Assembly (NCBI GenBank): GCA_024278215.1
Contig: JAJRTR010000163.1
Span: 1 to 33,824 of the forward strand
Source: a bacterium
Lineage (GTDB): Bacteria; UBP15; UBA6099; JAJRTR01
DNA: 33,824 nucleotides
Reading direction: 5' to 3'
In this document: positions 8,366 through 16,436 of the stretch, in pieces
Layout of the letters: the number at the start of each line of letters is the position of its first letter
Position numbering within the stretch: the stretch's first letter is position 1
Program-made: the position numbers and the translations under genes
The notes under the pieces: model-generated
What the model saw: the letters and a program-made list of their open reading frames with translations, nothing else
Databases searched by the model: none
What the model was told of the DNA's origin: nothing

Positions 8366-10051
8366 ATGGAGTACGAAATGACTGGAGCAAAAGCCCTTAT
8401 CGACGGGCTGATCCACGAAGGAACAGAAGTGATATTCGGCATCCCCGGCGGTGTGGTGCTGCCGATTTTCGACGAAATCTACGACTCGAAAATGAAAGTG
8501 ATATTGACACGCCACGAGCAGGGCGCGATACACGCTGCCGACGGCTACGCGCGGGTAACGGGGAAAGCCGGCGTCTGCATCGCGACTTCCGGCCCCGGCG
8601 CCACCAACCTCGTAACCGGGCTCGCCAACGCGCACATGGACTCGATCCCGCTTGTAGCCGTCACCGGACAGGTCGGAACCGGCTCCATCGGTCGCGACGC
8701 TTTTCAGGAAGCCGACATCACCGGTATCACTATGCCCGTCACCAAACACAACTATCTGGTGAAAGACCCTGAGTCGCTGCTGCGCATTATCCAGGAAGCA
8801 TTCCATATCGCCACCACAGGCAGGCCGGGCCCCGTCCTGATAGATGTGCCCGCGGACATTACCACCATGTCTGTTGAATCCGGTTTCCCGAAGGAGATAA
8901 ATCTCGAAGGCTATAAGCCGACTATTATCGGACATAGAAAACAGATAAAAAACGCTGTAAAAGCTATAGAAAAAGCCGAAAGGCCCCTTCTGTACATCGG
9001 CGGCGGCATAATTATTGCCGGGGCTGCGGAAGAACTGCGCAGACTTGTCGATATCCTGAAATGTCCCGTAACCCACACACTCATGGGCAAAGGCGCGTTC
9101 CCTGAAGACCACGAACTGTCGGTCGGTATGCTCGGGATGCACGGCACATGGGCGGCCAACACTGCGATTTCAAATGCCGACACGGTGATAGCAATCGGTG
9201 TGCGATTCGACGACAGGGTTACCGGCCGCCTCGACAAGTTTGCGGGCGATACCACTTTCATTCACATTGATATCGACCCGGCTGAGATCGGGAAAAATGT
9301 TGCCGTCCATATCCCCATTGTCGGTGATGCTAAAAATGTGCTGGAAACACTGATAAAAGAAATGCCTAAGGATTACGCGCCGCGCAACGCATGGCTGCGG
9401 ACGGTCGAGGGGTGGAAGAAATCGCATCCCCTGACTTATAACGGCGACTCCGGCTCGGATATCATGCCTCAATATGTTGTCGAGCGACTCTATGAGATAA
9501 CAAAAGGCGAAGCGATAATCTCCACGGAAGTCGGCCAGAACCAGATGTGGGCGGCACAGTATTATAAAATGTCGAAACCGCGCACCTGGATATCTTCGGG
9601 CGGGCTCGGCACGATGGGTTTCGGGTTCCCGGCGGCGATAGGCGCGCAGGTAGGACGCCCCGACGCGCTCGTGATCGACATAGCAGGCGACGGCAGCCTC
9701 ATGATGAATATCCAGGAACTCGCCACCGCCGTCTGCCACGATCTGCCTGTAAAAATCGTCGTGCTCAACAATGGCTACCTCGGTATGGTCCGCCAGTGGC
9801 AGCAGATGTTCTACAAGGGCCGCTACTCGAGCACCGACCTTTGCGGGAATCCCGATTTCGCACCCATCGCCGAAGCCTTCGGCGCGGCAGGCATCACTGT
9901 CACTGCGAAAGACGAACTCGACGACGCTCTCGCCGAGGGGATGAACAACGGCAGACCTACGATTATCGATGTCAAAGTTTCACGGGAAGCCAACGTGTTC
10001 CCGATGGTTCCCAAGGGCAAGGCGCTCGACGAAATGATAGAGGAGTATTGA
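8366..10051 (+). CDS. ilvB: Acetolactate synthase large subunit (biosynthetic)
   Basis: IFGIPGG, RHEQGA.HAADGYAR, ATSGPGATN, GRPGPVLIDVP, RFDDRVTG, SSGGLGTMGFG, and the ThDP motif GDGS...NN.YLGMVRQWQ. Confidence 0.96.
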   Translation: MEYEMTGAKALIDGLIHEGTEVIFGIPGGVVLPIFDEIYDSKMKVILTRHEQGAIHAADGYARVTGKAGVCIATSGPGATNLVTGLANAHMDSIPLVAVTGQVGTGSIGRDAFQEADITGITMPVTKHNYLVKDPESLLRIIQEAFHIATTGRPGPVLIDVPADITTMSVESGFPKEINLEGYKPTIIGHRKQIKNAVKAIEKAERPLLYIGGGIIIAGAAEELRRLVDILKCPVTHTLMGKGAFPEDHELSVGMLGMHGTWAANTAISNADTVIAIGVRFDDRVTGRLDKFAGDTTFIHIDIDPAEIGKNVAVHIPIVGDAKNVLETLIKEMPKDYAPRNAWLRTVEGWKKSHPLTYNGDSGSDIMPQYVVERLYEITKGEAIISTEVGQNQMWAAQYYKMSKPRTWISSGGLGTMGFGFPAAIGAQVGRPDALVIDIAGDGSLMMNIQELATAVCHDLPVKIVVLNNGYLGMVRQWQQMFYKGRYSSTDLCGNPDFAPIAEAFGAAGITVTAKDELDDALAEGMNNGRPTIIDVKVSREANVFPMVPKGKALDEMIEEY

Positions 10052-10122
10052 CCCCGGATTATTCGCGTTTTGCGAATATTCCGGGTTGACTTTAATAAAT
10101 CCGAATAATCAGGTGACCAACA

Positions 10123-10623
10123 ATGGAAATCAGCGAACACAAACACATAATATCGGTTCTCGTGACGAATAAGCCCGGTGTGCTTGCGCGTGTATCGGGC
10201 CTTTTCAGCCGTCGCGGATTCAACATCGAAAGCCTCGCGGTCGGCACTACGAACGACCCGGCTTATTCTCGCATAAGTCTCGTCGTTCATGGAGACGACA
10301 GGGTTATCGAGCAGGTCACAAAACAGCTCAACAAACTCATCGATGTGATAAAAGTCAGCGACATCACTCACAGCGAAACCGTTCTCCGCGAACTCGTGCT
10401 CGTGAAAATCAGCGCGAAACCCGAGCAACGCACCGAGATACTCACTGTCTCAAATACATTCCGCGGCAAAGTCATCGACATCGGAGACTCGAGTATGATC
10501 GTCGAGATCACCGGACATGACGAAAAGATAGACGCTTTTATCCGGCTGATGAAGAAATACGGCATAATCGAGATCGTGCGTACAGGAAAAGTGGTTCTCG
10601 TGAGGGGTGCGGCCACTACATGA
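10123..10623 (+). CDS. ilvN: Acetolactate synthase small (regulatory) subunit
   Basis: ACT domain NKPGVLARVSGLFSRRGFNIESL, EQVTKQLNKLIDV, RELVLVK, EIVRTG. Follows ilvB. Confidence 0.96.
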   Translation: MEISEHKHIISVLVTNKPGVLARVSGLFSRRGFNIESLAVGTTNDPAYSRISLVVHGDDRVIEQVTKQLNKLIDVIKVSDITHSETVLRELVLVKISAKPEQRTEILTVSNTFRGKVIDIGDSSMIVEITGHDEKIDAFIRLMKKYGIIEIVRTGKVVLVRGAATT

Positions 10624-10824
10624 TCCGCAGGCGCAGGGACCATACCGGAAGCCGGGATTCGGCAAACAACAAAACCCTCGAGCCGTTTGCATTATTATGA
10701 TAACCGGTCACTGAATCCACTTTCATACCGGAAATTGCCAGTTCAGACTATTTCATTACATCCTGTGAATGGTAACAATAATTATTTTGCAATAGGCTCG
10801 CAGAAAAAGTTCAGTCCCTTGAAG

Positions 10825-11002
10825 GAGCCAATTGCAAAAATCTGATTCTGCTGCGGTCGGCTGCTATTGTCCATAGCTGCGTTGTCGGCGCAAAATCGTC
10901 CTCGACGTACTCTACAAGTACGCCTGCGAGGATTTTACACCCCCGCCTTGCTCCGAACAATTTCGCTCGACCTCGCTACGAACATAATTTTGCAATTGCC
11001 TC
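10825..11002 (-). mobile_element. 178-bp MITE, copy 2 (inverted relative to copy 1)
   Basis: TIRs GAGCCAATTGCAAAAAT / AATTTTGCAATTGCCTC. Flanking 4-bp direct repeat GAAG (10821-10824, 11003-11006). The reverse complement differs from 910-1087 at 7 positions by manual alignment. Confidence 0.9.
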
Positions 11003-11129
11003 GAAGGTTTATGATTTTTTTTTAGTTGTGGAAATAATAGGATTATCATGTTATGATTTATTGGCTTTAGCAGGAGACTTGTTATTCGATGTATCTTTTA
11101 GAATAAATGCTACAGGGAACATCTACGGT

Positions 11130-12950
11130 ATGAAAAACATCAAGATTACAGTATCCATATTGCTTTTCACAACAACGCTTTTTTACGGTCTGATCCTGAG
11201 CGCGGCGGGTGGCGAGCACGGCAGCGAGCAGGCAGCGGTGCAGAATGCCGTCATCAGTGAGAAATCCGCATGTGATGTTTCGGACGACACACTAAGGTTT
11301 CTCTCGCCGGGCTGGCAGGAGGCGCACAAGGGTCTGGTCGAGGCCGGCAAACTTGATGGCTGTGACCGGAAGCAGTGTTACGCATGCCACATCTCGGCTG
11401 CGCCCCACGATTTCTCCGCACACCAGAGTAAGTATAAGGAAGATAGCAAATCCTGCCTGAGCTGCCATGACTACGATTCGTGCAACGAATGCCACCAGGC
11501 GTTCCGAGCCCATGGCGGCAATAAGGACTTTCTCGATCACGGCAAGTTTCTCGAAAAGTCGATGTCTTCGTCTTGCAAACAGTGCCACAGTGTCGACTGG
11601 TGCAACAAGTGCCACACCGAAAAGGGCGTCGACCTGCTGACAAACCACAGCCCGAATTTCAGACAGATGCACCCGGTTTTTCTCCCCAAGAAGCAATATA
11701 AGGAAAAAATCGAGAGTTGCACGCAATGCCACGGCCAGAAGTTCTGCATTCAATGCCATGAAAACCAGGGTAAGGATGTGCATCCGTACAAGTGGTACGT
11801 GGGACACGGCAGAAGAATGTCCGAACTGGCGGCGGGCGCGAAACCTGGCGAGATGGACCGATGCCTCGACTGCCACAAGACGGGCTTCTGCTCGACTTGC
11901 CACAAGAGCAGCGGCCTCGTCCGCACCGCGCACGAACCCAACTGGGTAGAGACACACAAGAGCGACCCGAAGTCGAAGAGTCCGATGTGCGTTTCATGCC
12001 ACACACCCGGCTACTGCTCGCGATGCCACGACATATCACTGCCGCACTCCGCGGAGTTTGCCGCCGACCACAAGAAGGCTGTTCTCGAAAAACCGGACAC
12101 CTGCAAGTCCTGCCACGAGCCGTCTTTCTGCGCGACATGCCACACGAAAAAGCTGAAACCCGCATCACACACGCCGGTCGAGTGGTACAAGAGCCACAAC
12201 AAAATGGCCGGCAAGTCGAAAGATTACTGCACTACTTGTCACAGCGACAAGAAGTTCTGCGGCTGGTGCCACGAAACTTCCACGATGAAGGTGACGCATA
12301 CGCCCGGCTGGAAAGAAAAACATGCGGACACGACAAATATGTCCGAACTCAAGGGCTGTGCTTACTGCCACGATAAAAGCTCATGCGATGAAAAATGCCA
12401 CAAAGACATCGAAGACAAGGCGAACGTCTCGGCCAGGCCGGACCACAGGATATGTTCCAACTGCCACGTCGACGACAAATGGACGTTCGCCGGTTCGGAC
12501 GCATGTGTCAAATGCCACAAGGATGCCACTCACCAGAATGACGAATCGAAACACGCGGGCGACTGCACCGACTGCCACACTGCGCATAAATGGAAGATAC
12601 CGAAGAAGGGCAACACGTGCGCGAGCGCGGCGTGTCACAAGCCCTATGCTGAAGAAGTCGCGAAAATAAAGGATCATGTTTCCGACAACTGCTCGAGCTG
12701 CCACAAGCCTCACGACTGGGGCGACAAGAGCAACTTCGATGTTTGCGGCGACTGCCACAAGATCGACGAATACGACAAGAACGGCATCAAAGCGCTTCAC
12801 CTGACCGGTGCCCACCAGATGTGCGGCGACTGCCATGATGCCCACAACGGCACGGTCAACGAACCCGACTCGTGCCTGCGTTGCCACGAGAAACTGCCGG
12901 ACGTCTGTGATCCCGACAAGCTCTGCACGGATTGCCATAAATTCAAATAA
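11130..12950 (+). CDS. Exported multiheme c-type cytochrome (24 CxxCH + 1 CX3CH + 1 CX4CH)
   Basis: Motifs counted manually in the translation. ATG 11130 (MKNIKITVSILLFTTTLFYGLILSAA) gives a Sec-type signal peptide and a 606-aa protein. Confidence 0.93.
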   Translation: MKNIKITVSILLFTTTLFYGLILSAAGGEHGSEQAAVQNAVISEKSACDVSDDTLRFLSPGWQEAHKGLVEAGKLDGCDRKQCYACHISAAPHDFSAHQSKYKEDSKSCLSCHDYDSCNECHQAFRAHGGNKDFLDHGKFLEKSMSSSCKQCHSVDWCNKCHTEKGVDLLTNHSPNFRQMHPVFLPKKQYKEKIESCTQCHGQKFCIQCHENQGKDVHPYKWYVGHGRRMSELAAGAKPGEMDRCLDCHKTGFCSTCHKSSGLVRTAHEPNWVETHKSDPKSKSPMCVSCHTPGYCSRCHDISLPHSAEFAADHKKAVLEKPDTCKSCHEPSFCATCHTKKLKPASHTPVEWYKSHNKMAGKSKDYCTTCHSDKKFCGWCHETSTMKVTHTPGWKEKHADTTNMSELKGCAYCHDKSSCDEKCHKDIEDKANVSARPDHRICSNCHVDDKWTFAGSDACVKCHKDATHQNDESKHAGDCTDCHTAHKWKIPKKGNTCASAACHKPYAEEVAKIKDHVSDNCSSCHKPHDWGDKSNFDVCGDCHKIDEYDKNGIKALHLTGAHQMCGDCHDAHNGTVNEPDSCLRCHEKLPDVCDPDKLCTDCHKFK

Positions 12951-12978
12951 ACAGCTTCGAAAATATCGACACGACAAG

Positions 12979-13010
12979 AGATGCGGTTCCGGCCGCATCT
13001 TTTTTCTTTT
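12979..13010 (+). terminator. Rho-independent terminator
   Basis: AGATGCGG-ttccgg-CCGCATCT followed by TTTTTCTTTT, 28 nt after the cytochrome stop codon. Confidence 0.8.
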
Positions 13011-13093
13011 AGCGCGGGATATTGACATTCGCAGACAACAGGGAATATCTTCTTGATGAAGAACATTCTTCGGAAATGAAAGAGGGAAACGAT

Positions 13094-14698
13094 ATGTACA
13101 ACATAGGAATAATCGGTCTGGGCGACAACGGAACCATGCACCTGCGCGGATTCGACCGTCTCGAGGAGACGCGTGTGGCGGCGATATGCGACAGGAAAAC
13201 AAAGGCGCGCGAACGCGCACTGGCGCTGCTCGACGACCCGGATGTCGTATCCACTTCAAGTTGGAAAAAGGTGTGCCGCATGAAAGAGATCGACGCGATT
13301 TGCGTCAGTGTGCCGACATATCTTCATGCGGACGTCACTGTGCTCGCGCTCGAAAACGGTAAAGACGTTTTTCTCGAAAAGCCGATATGTCCGACGATGG
13401 AGGAAACCGACACCCTGATACTTAAAGCCTTCCGGACCGACAGGATCGTGCAGGTAGGGCTTGTCTACAGGTATTGCAATCTCTACAGAACACTCGGCCG
13501 GATGGTGGAACGGGGCGACTTCGGTGACGTGATGATGGCTTTCGGCAAAGAGTATCGCGACAACTTTCCCGTGCAGTGGTTCTTCGAGACGGAGAAATCG
13601 GGTGGCGCGCTTTTGGACAAGGACTGCCATCACTTCGATCTCTTTTCATGGTTTATCCGCCGCAAACCCGTGAAGGTATATGCGATGGGCGGACAGCATG
13701 TCGTCAGGGGTAAAAGCGTGAAAATAAATTGCCACTACGCGCCCGACAGGAACCTGATGATCAAGCGGCCCGACATAATCGACCACGCCTTTGTGATCGT
13801 GCAGTACGACAACGGCGCTCTCGCCAACCTGGGCCTTTGCATGTACCAGAAAGAACCGCTGCACGGGCTGGAAATAGGAATAAACGGGAGCAACGGAGCA
13901 CACGCCGTAGCCCGGCGCGACGTTGTTCTCAACGCCGGGGGCGGCCCGCTCGGCGACATAGCGGAGGTTCCTGTTGATTACGAAAAAGACAATTGCGGTA
14001 TCGGCCACATCGGTGCCGACCGCCAGCATGTCGAGTTCGTCGAGTGCATGAAAACACGTGCGATGCCCTATGCCAACCTGTTGCTGGCACGCGAGTCGAT
14101 GGTCATATCGCTGGCTGCCGAAAGGTCTGTCAGGGAAGGCCGCGAAGTGCTGATAGAGGAGTTCGACAACCCGAAAATCAACAAACTTATCGAAAAACAC
14201 TGCATGGAAGTCTATCGCGACACACCCGCGCCGCTCCCGCCTCCCAGGCCAAAAAAGGAGAAAAAGAAATCACGCGAGAAAAAGATAATTGATACGTTTG
14301 TGGACCTCGTAAGGTTGCTGATGGGCAAACGCCCCCGCAGCGAAGCGTTGCCGTTCGGCCCCGAAGCGTTCGAGCAGGCGGCAGCCTCGATTGCAGATGA
14401 AAAACGATTCGGGAAACTCGCGAAAGGGCTCGAAGCGAATATTTCATTCCATCATTCCGGCGAGCCGCCGGTATTCGTGTCGATAAAGGACGGCAAACTC
14501 GCGGTTGCCGACAAAGCCTTTGATGCGGATGAAACGAAAATAGTATTCACCGAAAGCGGCTGGCAGGGACTCCAGACCGGTGACAGTATCCAGAAACTTC
14601 TCGTCACCGGCCAGGTGCGCGCCGAAGGAAAAATCGACCACCTTAAACCCTACACCGAGGCTCTCATCGAATTGACAAAGGCGCTTGGAAAGGTATAG
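13094..14698 (+). CDS. Gfo/Idh/MocA family oxidoreductase with C-terminal SCP2-like lipid-binding domain
   Basis: IGIIGLG..G, AICD, VPTYLH, GKDVFLEKP, SGGALLDKDCHHFD. A Pro/Lys-rich linker leads to an SCP2-like tail (VSIKDGKL...D.KIVF....W.....G......LVTGQVRAEG). TTGACA at 13022 upstream. Confidence 0.8.
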   Translation: MYNIGIIGLGDNGTMHLRGFDRLEETRVAAICDRKTKARERALALLDDPDVVSTSSWKKVCRMKEIDAICVSVPTYLHADVTVLALENGKDVFLEKPICPTMEETDTLILKAFRTDRIVQVGLVYRYCNLYRTLGRMVERGDFGDVMMAFGKEYRDNFPVQWFFETEKSGGALLDKDCHHFDLFSWFIRRKPVKVYAMGGQHVVRGKSVKINCHYAPDRNLMIKRPDIIDHAFVIVQYDNGALANLGLCMYQKEPLHGLEIGINGSNGAHAVARRDVVLNAGGGPLGDIAEVPVDYEKDNCGIGHIGADRQHVEFVECMKTRAMPYANLLLARESMVISLAAERSVREGREVLIEEFDNPKINKLIEKHCMEVYRDTPAPLPPPRPKKEKKKSREKKIIDTFVDLVRLLMGKRPRSEALPFGPEAFEQAAASIADEKRFGKLAKGLEANISFHHSGEPPVFVSIKDGKLAVADKAFDADETKIVFTESGWQGLQTGDSIQKLLVTGQVRAEGKIDHLKPYTEALIELTKALGKV

Positions 14699-14843
14699 GC
14701 GACGGACGCTGAATGAGGCTCACGGAAGCTATCCCGCGCTGGTGAAATATGCGGGTAATCCGCGGAGCAGCGGAGACTCGTCTTTTCGCGAAGGCGGAAG
14801 TCGAGTGTCTTATGCAGAGGCCAAATGGAGAAACATCTGCCGG

Positions 14844-16436
14844 TTACCTTTTTTTCCGCATCAGCGAAAGCAAGTATTTCCACGATTGAACCCTTGTCAT
14901 ATTACCCAGATAGAAACGAGCGAGTTCGCCGATGACGGCAATCCGGCTGACGGGCATGTCGAGACGGTAAGTTTCGGAAAAGCTGCCGGGGAGAAGGTCC
15001 GTTCGGAGTGTGCCATCGCTGTTGTAGAGTCCTTCTTCGGCCTTTTCGAGAAATGGGATATAGTATTTGTATGTTGCCTGGATCGGGTGATACTGATAGA
15101 AGGATTTTTTATTTTTGCCGTAGAAGATTCTGTATGATTCGGACATCTTTCTTTGCAGTGTGCTGGGGCGCATCTTCGCCGGATAGTGCACTACAAAATT
15201 TCCCGAGTAGAAACGCCAGTCGCGGTGTATGAACCTGTCGTCGGGCAGCGCCTGGGGCGCGCCGAGTACCCGTTCCCTTGTGGGGAAATCGTAGAGACTG
15301 CCGAAACCCCAGTTGTAAACACCGTGTTTCAGCACGAGAGCGAGTGCGCGGTCGATTGTGTTTTCATCGTCGTCGTCGGAGCCGAAAATAAAAAGCGGTT
15401 GTAGTTTGACATCGAAGCGACCAAATATTTCGAGGCACTCCTCGATGTCGCCGATGGACTGTTTTTTCTCGAAAAAGTCAAGAGTGGACGATTGCAGCGA
15501 CTCGATGCCGACGCCGATGCAGGCGCGGCCCGCGCGTTCGATGGCGTGCATCAGTTCTTCGTCGCGCGCGATGAAAATGCGGGCGAAGAAAAACATGTCG
15601 ACATCGCCGCCGAAACGCTGTTCCATGAGCCGAAATATTTCGAGCGCGCGTTCACGGTCGAGCGTGACATCGTTGTCGGCGAAGAAAACATATTTCGTTT
15701 TCAACCTGGAAAAAGACAACTCGATCTCGCGCACCACGAGTTCCGGCTCTTTTGTCCTGTACTTGCGGCCCAGTTCGTGTTTTACAAAACAGAACCTGCA
15801 CTCGAAAGGACATCCGCGCGAAGATTGTACGACAGCAATGTTGAAGCGCAGAACACCGTTGTGAATAGTGTCCTTGAGATAATACAACAGGCTCCTCGGA
15901 GTGTATCCTTCGACGATTCCCGGATCGGCGATCATGTCGAGTTTAGACACAAAACCGGCTGACGGGTTGTGCACCGCGCGGTCGTTGCTTCCGATATACG
16001 ACACGCCTTTGACGCCGGAAACGTCGCCGCCGTTTTTCAGCGTTTCGAGCAGTTCGAGGATTATCGCTTCGCCTTCGTTCCTGATAACATAATCGCAATG
16101 TTTCAGGCAGTCTTCGGGAAGTACACTGGCGTGCGAGCCGCCGAAAACAATCGGTGTGTCCGGACTCTCCGCGCGTATCCGATCCGCGTAGGCGTAGCCT
16201 TTGTGGGATGAAAACGACATGAGTGAAAAGCAGACGATGTCGGAATCCGCCACCCGCCGCCAGTCGATTTTACTACCGGATAATTCGCAATAAGTTTTGA
16301 CGTCGTAGCCAGCTTCGATCAGTGCGGTCGCGACGACGAGCAGTCCGTATCTTGGCATGAAAGCGCGGTAGGACGTCACCTGCAGGGGCAGGCTGTCGTC
16401 ATAAGGGCATATAATTGTGATTTTGTGTATTTCCAT
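14844..16436 (-). CDS. B12-binding-domain radical SAM protein (paralog A2)
   Basis: N-terminal cobalamin-binding Rossmann domain (P.YGL..VA, IVFGGSHAS), SSRGCPFECRFC (CxxxCxxC), GIES. Confidence 0.9.
   Translation of the reverse strand: MEIHKITIICPYDDSLPLQVTSYRAFMPRYGLLVVATALIEAGYDVKTYCELSGSKIDWRRVADSDIVCFSLMSFSSHKGYAYADRIRAESPDTPIVFGGSHASVLPEDCLKHCDYVIRNEGEAIILELLETLKNGGDVSGVKGVSYIGSNDRAVHNPSAGFVSKLDMIADPGIVEGYTPRSLLYYLKDTIHNGVLRFNIAVVQSSRGCPFECRFCFVKHELGRKYRTKEPELVVREIELSFSRLKTKYVFFADNDVTLDRERALEIFRLMEQRFGGDVDMFFFARIFIARDEELMHAIERAGRACIGVGIESLQSSTLDFFEKKQSIGDIEECLEIFGRFDVKLQPLFIFGSDDDDENTIDRALALVLKHGVYNWGFGSLYDFPTRERVLGAPQALPDDRFIHRDWRFYSGNFVVHYPAKMRPSTLQRKMSESYRIFYGKNKKSFYQYHPIQATYKYYIPFLEKAEEGLYNSDGTLRTDLLPGSFSETYRLDMPVSRIAVIGELARFYLGNMTRVQSWKYLLSLMRKKR

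Noticed and set aside
11254-13259. Long overlapping and antisense ORFs over the cytochrome, and similar shadow ORFs such as 19330-20652, 22565-23905 and 27478-28632
   Set aside because: They fully overlap well-supported genes, lack motifs, and are expected from GC-rich codon bias.
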